The notes beneath the pieces were generated by a model. That model did not search any database and was not told where the DNA came from. It was given only the letters and a program-made list of their open reading frames with translations. 64,000 bases of DNA from Chiloscyllium plagiosum (taxonomy: Eukaryota): NCBI RefSeq assembly GCF_004010195.1, contig NC_057720.1, positions 35,851,345 to 35,915,344 of the forward strand. Direction: 5' to 3'. Positions 28,268 through 41,141 of the stretch are shown one piece after another. Position 1 is the first letter of the stretch. Each line of letters begins with the position of its first letter. Both the position numbers and the translations under genes were made by a program.

Positions 28268-28988
28268 ACAGAGTTTCACAAACTAACGAAGAAATAGGAG
28301 CAGGAGTAGGCCATTTGTTGCCTCAAGCCTCCTTTGCCATTCAACAATGGTAGCGGATCTTTTACCTCAATGCCATTTTCATGCCCTATCCCCATATGAT
28401 GTCTTGACAACTTCAATGTTGAGAAATTTATTGATATAGATTGATAATGCCTTGTGCATGCTCAGTGACTGAGCTTCAACAGCCATCTGGACAGCTAATG
28501 CTGAAGATTCATCATTCTTTGAGTGAAGACATTAATCATCTAAGTCCTAAAAGGACTAGCCCATATTCTAAGACAATTCCTTGTTTTTGGACCCCTGCAA
28601 CCAGAGGAAAGATCCTTCCTGTAGCTACCCTGTCAAGCCATGGAAGAAATTTGTAAATTTCAATGAGATCCTTTCTCATTCTTCTGAGCTCAGAAGAACA
28701 GCTTCGTCAATGTTTCTCATAGAACAACCCTCAACCACGTGGCATCAGTCTGATAAACCTTGGTTGCACTCACTCAATGGCTAGCATATTCTGCCATAGG
28801 ACACCAAAACCATACACAACATCCATGTGTTGTCTCAATAAGGCTCTGTAGCTGGATGAAAATTGGGCAGTTCCATGTGAACATTCATCCAGTTGCCTAA
28901 AGTGATATGCCCTGGCATCATTCGAAATGAAGTAAAAACAATAACTGCAGATGATGGAAACCAGATTCTGGATCAGTGGTGCTGGAAG

Positions 28989-29488
28989 NNNNNNNNNNNN
29001 NNNNNNNNNNNNNNNNNNNNNNNNNNNNNNNNNNNNNNNNNNNNNNNNNNNNNNNNNNNNNNNNNNNNNNNNNNNNNNNNNNNNNNNNNNNNNNNNNNNN
29101 NNNNNNNNNNNNNNNNNNNNNNNNNNNNNNNNNNNNNNNNNNNNNNNNNNNNNNNNNNNNNNNNNNNNNNNNNNNNNNNNNNNNNNNNNNNNNNNNNNNN
29201 NNNNNNNNNNNNNNNNNNNNNNNNNNNNNNNNNNNNNNNNNNNNNNNNNNNNNNNNNNNNNNNNNNNNNNNNNNNNNNNNNNNNNNNNNNNNNNNNNNNN
29301 NNNNNNNNNNNNNNNNNNNNNNNNNNNNNNNNNNNNNNNNNNNNNNNNNNNNNNNNNNNNNNNNNNNNNNNNNNNNNNNNNNNNNNNNNNNNNNNNNNNN
29401 NNNNNNNNNNNNNNNNNNNNNNNNNNNNNNNNNNNNNNNNNNNNNNNNNNNNNNNNNNNNNNNNNNNNNNNNNNNNNNNNNNNNNNNN
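28989..29488. other. Assembly/scaffolding gap of exactly 500 N
   Basis: Run of N. The left flank ends in the start of a PLE repeat, the right flank starts inside a CR1 LINE, so the flanks are not continuous. Confidence 0.99.
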
Positions 29489-30212
29489 ATAAATGGTGAG
29501 GTGTTGTATTTTGGTAAGGGAAACTAGGGCAGCATTTATAGAGTTCGTGATAGGGCCGTGGAAGTGTTGCTGAACAAAGAGACCTAGGAGTGCAGGCATA
29601 TAGTTCCTTGAAAGTTGAGTTGCAGGTAGGCAGAGTGGTGAAGGAGATGTTTGGCACACTTGCCTTCATTGATCAGTGCAATGACTATAAGAGTTGGCAT
29701 GTTATGTTGCAGTTGTACAGGACTTCGGCGAGGCCACTTTCTTTAGAATACTGTGTTCAATTCTGGTCTCCCTGCTATAGGAAGGATGTTGTTAAACTTT
29801 AAATGGTTCAGAAAAGATTTACAAGGATGTTGCTGGGATTGGAAGGTTTGAGCTATAAGGAGAGGCTGAATAGGCTGGGGCTCTTTCCCCTGGAATGTCA
29901 GAGGCTTCATAGAAGTTGATAAAATCATGAGGGGCGTGGATAGGGTGATTGGCTGAAGTCTTTTTCCTCAGGTGGGGGAGTCCAAACTAGAGGACATAGA
30001 TTTAAGAGACCTAAGGAGCAACTTTTTTGCGTAGAGCATCGTGTGTCTGTGTGTATGGTGCGGGCTGCTAGAGGAATTGGTGGAGGTGGTTACAAGTACA
30101 ACATTCAAAAGGCATTGAATAGGAAATGTTTAGAGGGATATGGGCCATATGGGACTAGGTCAGATTAGGATATCTGGTAGGCACAGATAAGTTGGACTGA
30201 AGGGTCTGTTTT
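29489..30212 (+). mobile_element. HER1/CR1 LINE 3' part
   Basis: EVLYFGK...LEYCVQFWSPCYRKDVVKL...; tail continues after the SINE at about 30531-30557. Confidence 0.9.
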
Positions 30213-30214
30213 AA

Positions 30215-30531
30215 TAGATTTAGATTAGATTACTTACAGTGTGGAAACAGTCCCTTCGGCCCAACAAGTCCACACCGCCCCGCCGAAGCGCAACCCACCC
30301 ATACCCCTACATTTACCCCTTACCTAACACTACGGGCAATTTAACATGGCCAGTTCACCTGACCTGCACATCTTTGGACTGTGGGAGGAAACCGGAGCAC
30401 CCGGAGGAAACCCACGCAGACACGGGGAGAACGTGCAAACTCCACACAGTCAGTCGCCTGAGGCGGGAATTGAACCTGGGTCTCTGGCACAGTGAGGCAG
30501 CAGTGCTAACCACTGTGCCACCATGCCGCCC
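30215..30531 (-). mobile_element. HE1-type V-SINE, young full-length copy
   Basis: CpG-rich near-consensus copy with (agatt)n tail. Confidence 0.95.
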
Positions 30532-32377
30532 ACATGTGTATAATTTTCTGACTCTGTGAATAATTAACTTTTGTGCTTTGGTGCTCTGCATCAAAGAAGT
30601 TGTACAGTACTCCAGACCATTTAACTTTAGACGTTGTAGGACTGGAAAATAAAGATGGGAAAAGCACTTGCTATTATGAAGGTGGGGGAGAACAACACCC
30701 ACTAATTTATTGGGGCAAATTATAATTTGGGCCTAATTTTCCTTGATTAAATTTTTTTCTGCAAGCTCAAACAACCTTTAATTTCTCCCAGACTGTGTCT
30801 ATCACCAAACCTCTCAACCCAAATTTTCCAAAAATTCCTCCTCCACCTCATACCCTTCTCCTGAGAGCCAGAATCCTCCTCCTCACAATGTGCAAATCTC
30901 AGGAGTTCCTGCCAATCCTCTCAATCATATTCCCTGCGATTTCCGATTCCAAAAAGCATCTTCTGCATTTAGTACATCCTGAAACTCCCATCCCTAACGA
31001 TCCTAAGTTTACTTCTCCAGTGATTCAGGATTTATTTCAAAATGACTGTACATTTGGATCCTCTTGGACATTGATACTCTAGTACAGGACAAGGTCCCAA
31101 CACATTCCAGGTCTGCATTGTGCTAATGTCTCTGTTCTTGAAAATAATATTTCATTAAACTGTCCAATCCCCCAACAATAGGAGAGCTCATAACATATTA
31201 AAAATCTTGCAAGAAGTACACACATTAATCTTAGTTATTTTGTCTAGTTTGTTTCATTATTTATAAGGTCTGATGTTATATCCACCAATCACTGAGAAAT
31301 AGCATGGAAAGATTTCCAGTGCATGTACAAAATAATTAGTGGACTGGAAGAGACTTGCACTTAGGCTGCTTTTGTCACGTTGATTTCAACACATTTTTGG
31401 ATATCTTTTATATATGCAAGTACTTATCTGAGATCTTTTTGATTGCTGTATTTGGGTTAATATTGATCAGTACTTGTGGAAAAGCATTCTCTATTCTAAT
31501 AACCCTTTGCATAAAAAAAGTTTATCTTAATCTTTAGCATATTCAAGGTTCGTTTTGAAATCACAATCTCCAGTATTTGATCTATCTGCTTTTGGAAATT
31601 TGTTTATATTCGTCTTTGTATTTTATACTCCTATTACTTGAACACTTTAATGCAATCTGTCTTTCCCACACAATTTGAGAAACAACAATCCTATTCACTT
31701 TAATTGTTCCTTTTAATGTTCTAGGCAAATTGGCATTGCACCTTCTCTGGGACCATTTTGAATCTTCTGTAACAAATGTACAGTATTCACTTACGGCCAA
31801 GATAGCATTTTGTAAAATGTTATTATGACCATTTTGCTGTGGAATTCAAAAATATAAGCCCTATTTTATAAATGTCTTTAATACCACAGTTTTAAAAAGC
31901 AACAGTTCTAATCAACTTTAAAGAAGTGTATTTATGTATCTGCACTTGAATCTATAAAGTGATCTCTTTTTCTCCACAATGCCTTGAGAAATTGACTATT
32001 TATGTTACATTATTTACATCCTTATTTTGTCTTGAGTCATGTTTTATTATAGTACACCATATTATTCACTAATATACTCATTGTTGTAATCTCAGTTATA
32101 TCCTGATAAGTTTTTTTTTGTAGTAGTTATTTCCAGTTGGGTAACATGAACAAACTTTGAAATTTATCCTGTTGTGTTTAAGTTTGAATCGTGTTGATAA
32201 ATAAAAGTGATCCCAACAACGAATCCCTGGGCCACTGAACTATTCCATTGCTTGCCAGTCTTTATATAGTGGCTGGCAATGAGTTAGAAAAAAACAGTTC
32301 ATTGTGATAGTTTTGAAGTTATCATAATCTAACATCGTGAGTCTTGAATGGTTTTTAAATCAGCAGTTGAACTAAGG

Positions 32378-32560
32378 CACAAAAAAGATGTTGCTGGAAA
32401 AGCTCAGCAGGTATGGCAGCATCTGAGGAGAGAAATTGGAGTTAATGTTTTGGCTCCAGTGACCCTTCCTCTGAACTGACTGCCACATCTCTTCCATGCA
32501 TGCCTTCTAGCATCTGCAGTTCTTTGTTTTTATTTAGAATTCCAGCATCTGCAGTTCTTT
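32378..32560. mobile_element. Mini PLE insertion, second subfamily
   Basis: gctggaaaagctcagcagg...gttaatgttttggctccagtgacccttcctctgaac (degenerate hammerhead on the minus strand), then duplicated cagcatctgcagttcttt. Confidence 0.65.
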
Positions 32561-32690
32561 CAGTAAAAATTGAGTTACAATTTTTAAATTCTTTATCAGA
32601 CATTTGTCTTATTAGATGTTATGGAACTATTATGTAGTGAGGGGCGAATGAGGTTGAAGCTACCTGATATCATTGAAAGGGTTAGAAAAT

Positions 32691-34115
32691 AGTCATAGAG
32701 ATGTACAGCATGGAAACAGACCCTTCGGTCCATGCCGACCAGATATCCCAACCCAACCTAGTCCCACCCGCCAGCACCCGGCCCATATCCCTCCAAACCC
32801 TCCCTATTCATAGACCCATCCAAATGCCTCTTCCATACACGTATCACCCTCTACGTTAAAAGGTTGCCCCTTAGATCTCTTTTATATCTTTCCCCTCTCA
32901 CCTTAAACCTATGCCCTCTAGTTCTGGACTCCCCGACCCCAGGGAAAAGAATTTGCCTTTTTATCCTATCCATGCCCCTCATAATTGTGTAAACCTCTAT
33001 AAGATCACCCCTCAGTCTCCGCTCCAGGGAAAACAGCCCCAGCCTGTTCAGCCTCTCCCTATAACTCAAATCCTCCAACCCTGGCAACATCCTTGTAAAT
33101 CTTTTCTGAACCCTTTCAAGTTTCACAACATCTTTCCGATAGGAAGGAGACCAGAATTGCATGCAATATTCCAACAGTGGCCTAACCAATGTCCTGTACA
33201 GCCGCAACATGACCTCCCAACTCCTACACTCAATACTCTGACCAATAAAGGAAAGCATACCAAGCGCCGCCTTCACTATTCTATCTACTTGCGATTCCAC
33301 TTTCAAGGAGCTATGAACCTGCAATCCAAGGTCTCTTTGTTCAGCAACACTCCCTAGGACCTTACCATTAAGTGTATAAATCCTGCTAGGATTTGCTTTC
33401 CCAAAATGCAACACCTCGCATTTATCAGAATTAAACTCCATCTGCCACTTCTCAGCCCATTGGCCCATCTGGTCCAGTGGGAAGCTAGAGGAGTGATTGC
33501 TGGGCCTCGAGCTGAGACATTTGTATCATCGACAGTCACAGGTGAGGTGCTGGAAGACTGGAGGTTGGCAAACGTGGTGCTACTATTTAAGAAGGGCGGT
33601 AAAGACAAGCTAGGGAACTATTGACCGGTGAGCCTGACCTCGGTGGTGCGCAAGTTGTTGGAGGGAATCCTGAGGCACAGGATGTACATGTATTTGGAAA
33701 GGCAAGGACTGATTAGGGATAGTCAACATGGCTTTGTGCGTGGGAAATCATGTCTCACAAACTTGATTGAGTTTTTTGAAGAAGTAACAAAGAAGATTGA
33801 TGAGGGCAGAGCAGTAGATGTGATCAATATGGATTTCAGTAAGGCGTTCGACAAGGTTCCCCATGGGAGACTGATTAGCAAGATTAGATCTCATGGAATA
33901 CAGGGAGAACTATCCATTTGGATACAGAATTGGCTCAGGTAGAAGACACAGGGTGGTGGTGAAGGGTTGTTTTTCAGACTGGAGGCCTGTGACCAGTGGA
34001 GTGCCACAAGGATCGGTGCTGGGCCCTCTACTTTTTGTCATTTCCATAAAAGATTTGGTTGCAAGCATAAGAGGGACAGTTAGTAAGTTTGCAGATGACA
34101 CCAAAATTGGAGGTG
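32691..34115. mobile_element. HER1/CR1 LINE with inverted 5' part (- strand 32691-33473; + strand 33474-34115)
   Basis: Minus: DQMGQWAEKWQMEFN...3' tail. Plus: WEARGVIAGP...SQHGFVRGKSCLTNL...DFSKAFDKVPH...VPQGSVLGP...[11 protein letters not shown]. Confidence 0.92.
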
Positions 34116-35770
34116 TAAAATGTCAGTGATGTAGGAGCTGCACTAAATTGGATAACAAAACCAGTACACTCGTCATGATGGTTTTATTTTTTGCTGTAGC
34201 AAAGTACATCAACAAATGCGGATATTTTAAAAGTTGTTCATGAGTAGTTACAATATAACAATTAAATAAGGAAATTCAAATCACCTAAGTGATGCGAGCA
34301 AACCTTATCACCAATAACAGGGACAAAACAGTTTTGTAACTTTTCGTGGTACCATGTCACTTTGTGCCAGAAATAATAACAATCTGGACAATGAATGTAT
34401 CTACACCGCATGAACTGCAGCAGTTCAAGCAGGTGGCTCACCAGCATTTGCATTAAGACAGCTGGAATGGGCAATAAATGTGGCCTTGCCAGTTATGCTC
34501 GCATCTCGAGAGTAAGTTCTTAAAAAGTATTGCAAAAGAAAATAAGCTAGATTAATGTTTTGGCACAGACATTTCAGTAAAACGTAATACAGCCTTTATA
34601 CTTGAAATATTAACAGCTTTTCTGAGGCTTTTGTGCATTTTAAGTTTCTTTTTTCATTTTTATATTTACTGTGTTGTGATTGGCTAATCCAAGGTGGAGG
34701 ATGGGAAAAATTGTGGCTTTAAGAGCTGCTCTTTTTTTTTGAGGTATTTTAGATGTTGGAGGTGATTTCCTCCAATTCCATAAGCAGCAATTACTATTTT
34801 ATATGATGTTGTATTGTTTTGGAATGTTAGGGAAAATTGATCAAAACAATGGAACTTTTAAAAGAAGGAAGATAGACAAAAAGCAGCACATTTAAAGACA
34901 TCTGGATGTGTATGTGAATAGGGTGGGGGGGCAGGGTTGGTGTTCAGAGGGATATGGGTCAAGTGCGGGCAAGTGGGACTAGATTAGGTTAGGATATCTG
35001 GGTGGCATGGGCGAGTTAGACTGAAGGATGTGTTTTTGTGCTGTACATCTCCATGATTATGATTCTTTTTTTTTGAGGTGATCCTAGGCTAACACCATAT
35101 TGTTTTATAATTAACAGCTTGGAGGTGAGTTTACTTCACTTTTCTCCAGCATTACAACTGCCGCAGAAGCATGTAAACATTACTTTCTAGTAAACTAGCT
35201 GATTGGGAAAGAAAAAAGATGCAGTTAGGTTCATGCCTGTGATCTCTTATTCCACTGATTTAACTTGTATTGCTCGAGAGGGAGAATTGGAGAACACCAA
35301 GTTACAGCTAAACTGTGCACCGTTGTATGAACCCCATCTCTTTCTTTTTAAGTTTAAATTGAAGTCATTTCACTTTTTCAACTAATTTATTTCAATTGTT
35401 TTTATAACTTAATTTTCCAAAATCTACTCCATTTTTGTTACTGCTAATTATTAAGGCAAGCATCAAATTTATGGAGGAAAAAGATGACAAAGTAAATCAG
35501 CACTAATTCTGAATCTGATAGAATTTAAAGGAGGTGAAACACATCTCTAGAATCCTGTTAGGTTTTGGAAAGGGAGCAAGCTAGTTTTGTGGATTCTTGA
35601 TTTAAGAATAATATCTGATGTTAAATATGATCTGATGATTTGTTTTGCTGTTCGAATTGGGGGAGTAATTTCTCCCTAATCCCCAATGACCTGCGAGTAT
35701 GGAGATTCTAGCCTGTTGATTTCTCATTCAAAATTGCATATCTTTGATGTCATACTTGTTCTTATCAGTT

Positions 35771-35899
35771 AGGAGAAAGTGAAGATTGCAGATGAAGGGT
35801 GAAAGATTCCTGGTGAAGGGCTTATGCCCATAATTTCAATTCTTCTGTTCCTCGGATGCTTCCTCACTGGCTGTGCTTTTTCAGCACCATACTCTTGAC
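35771..35899. mobile_element. Mini PLE insertion with decayed hammerhead
   Basis: TSD cttgttcttatcagt (35755-35769) / cttgtttttatcagt (35900-35914); attcCTGGTGAagggcttatgccc. Confidence 0.78.
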
Positions 35900-36004
35900 C
35901 TTGTTTTTATCAGTGTCAGGATTATTTTCCTTGGAATTTCCTTGGAATTCCTTGTTACAGCCAGAAATTTTTCCCATTACCAGAATCTGAAGTATTGAGT
36001 ACTC

Positions 36005-36680
36005 CAAGAGACCTTAGAGTGCAGGTTCATAGCTCCTTAAAAGTAGTGTCGCAGGTAGGTAGGTGAAGAAGGTGTTTGGTATGCTTTCCTTTATTGGTCA
36101 GAGTATTGAGTACAGGAGTTGGGAGGTCATGTTGCAGCTGTATAGGACATTGGTTAGGCCACTGTTGAAATATTACGTGCAATTCTGGCCTCCTTCCTAT
36201 CAGAAAGATGTTGTGAAACATGAAAGGGTTCAGAAAAGATTTACAAGGATGTTGCCAGGGTTGAAGGATTTGAGCGAAAGGGAGAGGCTGAACAGGCTGG
36301 GGCTGTTTCCCCTGGAGTGTTGGAGGCTTAAGGGGTGACCATTATAGAGATTTATAAAATTATGAGGGGCATGGATAGGATAAATAGACAAAGTCTTTTC
36401 CCTGGAGTTGGGGAGTCCAGAACTAGAGGGCATAGGTAAAGAGTGAGAGGGGAAAGATATCAAAGAGACTTAAGGGGCAGAGGGTGGTACATGTATGGAG
36501 TGAACTGCTAGGGGAAGTGGTGGAGTGTGGTACAATTACAGCATTTAAAAGGCATCTGGATGGGTATATGAATAGGAAAGGTTTGGAGGTATATGGGCCG
36601 GGTACTGGGAGGTGGGACTAGATTGGGTTGGGATATCTAGTCGGCATGGATGAGTTTCCATCCTATACATCTCTGATTAT
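36005..36680 (+). mobile_element. HER1/CR1 LINE 3' part
   Basis: FGMLSFIGQSIEYRSWEVMLQLYRTLVRPLL...; closely similar to the reverse complement of 32700-33350. Confidence 0.92.
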
Positions 36681-36999
36681 AACTCCAGTTTTGGAGGAAT
36701 GAAATGTCATTTTAAATTCAAATATTTCTTTACCAATTGTGAACCATGAAATTAAAGTGCATCCTCATTCATTCACCTTTTTATATATAATTAATGCAGT
36801 TAGTATGGTATCATCTTGGTACTTGGATAAATCAAAGCAAAACTAAATTCTAAACATAGCATCTGCAATTACATTTTTACCCTGCAATGTGGATGAGCTT
36901 TAAGTGAGAGGCCTGCATAAGAAAATTCATCAAATCAGTTTACTATTCTGATTTTGAATTATTTCCACATAGAACAGGGATTATGACCAGTATATTGCC

Positions 37000-37618
37000 A
37001 ATATCTGTGATAGGACATACAATCAGAGCGTCCAAGACGAGCAATAGTCTCGGGGTTTCTTTACCCAGTGTAACTCATAATATCATTTATCCTTTTAGAG
37101 AAATTTCTCTGGCATTTTTAGATCTGACTGACCTATTTGTAACAGGACTGCACCTTCCTCAGGTCACTGGCATTACTTACTACCTTGGAGGACTTAGTGA
37201 AACCTTTGGGAATCAACACTAGTTTATTGATTAAAATTGCCTTCTCTCTCTCAAAATGTGCCTGACAATGCTCTGACCACACTAGCTTGGCTTTCTTTTG
37301 TAACAAATATAGGAGTACAGCAATTGTAGTGATAAAGTTTCATATAAACTTGCAGTAGAAAGCACACAAAACCCCCAAAACATTAGGATTTCTCATTTGG
37401 TCTGAGGGTCAGGGGATTCCTGTAGTTTGGCTGTTCTTGACAAGATTTGTCCTTGCACTGTTATATGCCCTGGGTAGGTTACTCTCTCTACAAAATCATT
37501 TTTGGCAATGTTTATCACCACATCAGCCAACTGTAATTTTCTAAATGGAGTTTTTAGGTGTTCCAAATGGTCCTCACAAGTGTTACGATACATTAGCACA
37601 TCATCAAAGTAACTAGAT
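37000..37618 (-). mobile_element. Old Gypsy-type RT/RNase H relic (probably continues right of 39770)
   Basis: Minus frame YFDDVLMYRNTCEDHLEHLK...VINIAKNDF..VTYPGH..QGQILSRTAK resembles the Gypsy RT C-terminus. Confidence 0.65.
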
Positions 37619-39756
37619 AGCGAGTTTTGAGAAGATTTGTAGCTCAGGTTGAGGTTCTGGATGTAGGTTTGCCCGCTGAGCTGGAAGGTTCATTTTCAGA
37701 TGTTTCATCACCATTCTAGGTAGCATCTTTAGTGAGCCTCCGGACGAAACACTGCTGATGATTCCTACTTTCTGTTTATGTTTGGGTTTCTTTGGGTTGG
37801 TAATGTCATTTCCTGTGGTGATGTCATTTTCTGTTCTTTTTCTCAGGTGGTAAATCAGGTCCAAGTCAATGTGTTCGTTGATTAGAGTTCTGGTTGGAAT
37901 GCCATGCTTCTCTGAATTCTCGTGCATGTCTCTGTTTGGCTTGTCCTCGGATGGATGTGTTGACCCAATCGAAGTGGTTTCCTTGCTAATCTGTATTGAC
38001 AGTCATTTTAAATTAAAGAGACTACATTGAAAAAACAAATGCACTACTTGCAGATACCAACACTCGCCAACAAGTGGCGATAGACCTGATCCCACAACGA
38101 GAGAACGGAAACACAGCCCTATTTAAAAAAAACTTCAGAAATGTGGAGAAATAAATGAGACCGACTTCTGAAAAATGAAACCAGATGGATCCAATTCACC
38201 ACGCTTCTACGGATTACACAAAATTCACAAACCAGGAGTCCCCCCTCAGACATAGTCTTGCGACCTGGAATACCAACTTACAGATTGGCCAAGGAGCTAG
38301 ACCAAAGACTAAAACACTTAGTAGAAGACTCATGCCACTCCATCCACTCCACCTAAGAATTCTTGAAGACCATCAAAGACACTAAGGTAGAAGAGGATGA
38401 AATAATGGTCTCCTTTAGCATAACAGCCCTGTTCACATCCATCAACATCAACCTGGACAAGGAAACACTGACTACACTATTAGAAGACCCAAAGACATAC
38501 ACCAAACACTACCAACTTCATCAGCAAGGACAGTATCGTCAAGCTAGTGGACCTATGCCTTACCACCCACTTCACCTTCAATAACAAAACCTATAGACAA
38601 ACCAATGGGACACCCACGGGATCTCCGATATCAGGGTTCTTAGCAGAGGTGGTAATGCAGAGACTCGAACAAATAGCTCTGCCAAACATCTAACCCAAAC
38701 TTTGGGTCTGCTACGTGAATGACACCTTTATCACCACTAAACGAAACAAAATACAGGAAACCTTCAAGACCATCACTAATACCCTTACTGGCATAAAGTT
38801 CACTAAAGAGGAGGAAAACAACAACAAACTGCCATTCCTAGATGTCACAGTAGAGCGAAGAGCCAATGGGGAACTTCAAACCAGCATCTACAGGAATTCA
38901 ACACATATGGACCAAAAATTGAACTACAGAGGCAAAACCTCTCCAAACGAAGCTGCATTATGCCAATGAGCCGCCACACACTGCAGCATAGAGGAGCTAC
39001 GCAGAGCAGAGGAAAATCACCTGTACAGTGTATTCAAAAAGAATGGGTACCCAATTAACGCAGTCCGCAGATTTCTCAGAATCCATCCCAAATAAGCAGA
39101 CAAAACACGTATAGAAACCCGACGTGTTTCCTCTCCCCTACATCAAAGACATCGGAAATGACTGCCAGACTACTCAGGCCCCTATGCATCATGGTAGCCC
39201 ACAAACCCACCAACACTAGTTTTGCTTGTTGTCTGTAAAGGGTCTTTCAAGTTCATTAGTTGCTATTTTAATGTCATTGACAAAATACCGTGCAAGGACT
39301 GTAACAAACATTGGACAAACAGGCAGAAAACTAGCCACTAGGATATATGAACATCAACTAGCCGCAAAATGACATGACCCTCTCTCACTAGTATCCCTAC
39401 ATAGAGATGAGCAAGGACACCACTTTGACTGGGACGACACCTCCATCCTAGGACAAGCAAAACAGACACACAAGAGAATTCCTAGAAGCAAGGCATTCCA
39501 ACCAGAACTCTATCAACAAACGCATTGACTTGGACCTGATTTACCACCGCCTGAGAAAAAGAACAAGAAATGACCTCACCATAGGAATGACGTCACCACA
39601 GGCAATGACATCACCAACCCAAAGAAACTCAAACATACAAATGGAAAGCAGGAATCATCAGCAGTGCTTCGTCCGGAGGCTCACTGAAGATGTTACCTAG
39701 TATGGTGACGAATCGTCTAAAATGAACCTTCCTGCTTAGCAAGCAAACCTACATCA
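37619..39756 (+). mobile_element. Penelope/Poseidon-type PLE: RT + GIY-YIG body with inverted 5' pLTR (37619-37995)
   Basis: PRFYGLHKIHKPGVPLR, MVSFSITALFTSI, QTNGTPTGSPISG, YVNDTF, KLPFLDV and IPCKDCNK..GQTGRKL motifs with stops and frameshifts. 37657-37995 is the reverse complement of about 39400-39755. TSD aaagtaactagat at 37606-37618 and 39757-39769. Confidence 0.93.
39681..39720 (+). ncRNA. Minimal hammerhead ribozyme motif in Penelope pLTR (mutated; mirror copy at 37696-37735, - strand)
   Basis: tca-CTGAAGA-t-gttacc-tagtat-ggtgac-GAATC-GTC-taa; mirror copy reads tca-CTAAAGA-tgctacc-tagaat-ggtgat-GAAAC-ATC-tga. Confidence 0.7.
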
Positions 39757-39946
39757 AAAGTAACTAGATTCATAACAGTAAGGACATACTAGTGACCCTG
39801 TTTTGTTTAACATAGCCTAGGCCAGCATTTATTGCCCATCCATAATTGAGGGTAAACCACACTACCTCTTATCGACAAGGATAAACTAATCATGAGCCAT
39901 GAGAGTGTCTATCTGGCTGTTGAAACTAATAAAGAGAATTTAAATT

Positions 39947-39999
39947 CTGGATGTAGGTTTGCTCGCTGAGCTGAGCTACAAATCTTCTCAAAACTTGCT
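39947..39999. mobile_element. 53-bp Penelope micro-insertion made of the two element termini
   Basis: TSD agaatttaaatt at 39935-39946 and 40000-40011. The insert matches 37657-37680 forward plus 37619-37647 reverse-complemented. Confidence 0.85.
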
Positions 40000-40987
40000 A
40001 GAATTTAAATTTTTCCAAGAGAATTATTTTATTGAGGGCTCTTTATGTAGTCTCAATCTTTCACGTCTGCGCCAGCAATCAAAGTTAATTTGCTTTATTC
40101 TGTCAAAGTCTATTCAGGTCTGCCCACGTTGTTTCCATTGGTTTTGAATATCTGCCTGTAAGCCTCAGACTTGTAAGCCCAAAGAATTGCTTTTCTTTTG
40201 CCATCTTATGATATGCAGAAGCCTCTTTAGAAATTATGGCTTAAAGTTTGTGACCTTTTTTCAATTAGTCTGCTTTATATGAGCAATGCCTAGTTTTCTT
40301 TTTGTCCCCTCATCTGTTTGAAATACCTTTTTTTTTATGTCCTTTTCTGTCAAACATCAGGAAGGCTTCCACAGCTTGCAGAAACTTCTTTCTGGGTCCA
40401 GTGTAAGAATCAGACCTACCTTCATGCTAATTTTCATTGGAGTCAAGGGCACCCTTTCTAGTTCTAGCCTCTTCAGTCAATATTCCCTTTCTCTGTCTTG
40501 TCTCTCACTGTCATCTAATTGCAACGTCAGTACTCTTTCCCCTTTTCTCTCTTTTGGAGTGCTTTTCCATCTCTGAAATGCACTTTCCTTTTATTCTCTT
40601 TCAGTTGTTATTACCCATTTCTAATTGTTTCCAACTTTTGGGTTGTCCTTGTCAAGCTTCCGATTATATGTTATGAGGAGTGCACATTCTTTTTCTACAA
40701 GCCACAGCATATATTTAAACATATATATTACCAGTGTATTATTTATATTAGTTGCAGAATACAAGAAATATCTGACAACTAGATTTCTTTAATAAACAAT
40801 CAACAATTTTATTGTTTATAAAAAAACAAAACTTAACAAAGGTGTGAAGCTGATTAACACAGTTTGAAATGTATAAATATCAACTGTCCCAAGTAAATAA
40901 ACAGTGAGTTTGAGCAAAATATACAGAAGGTTTACAGAGATTAACTTCTTTAAAAAGACAGTTTATTTGGCTAAATAATTACTCATT

Positions 40988-41141
40988 ATTAGATTAGATT
41001 AGATTACAGTGTGGAAACAGGCCCTTCGGCCCAACAAGTCCACACCGACCCGCCGAAGCGAAACCCACCCATACCCCTACATTTACCCCTTACCTGACAC
41101 TACGGGCAATTTAGTATGGCCAATTCACCTGACCCTGCACA
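40988..41141 (-). mobile_element. 5'-truncated young HE1-type SINE
   Basis: Nearly identical to 30215-30370. Confidence 0.9.

Noticed and set aside
28770..29669. Long ORFs spanning the N run
   Set aside because: Artefacts of translating the gap.
32851..33468. 205-aa open frame as a host gene
   Set aside because: It is the C-terminal part of CR1 ORF2 in a young truncated copy.
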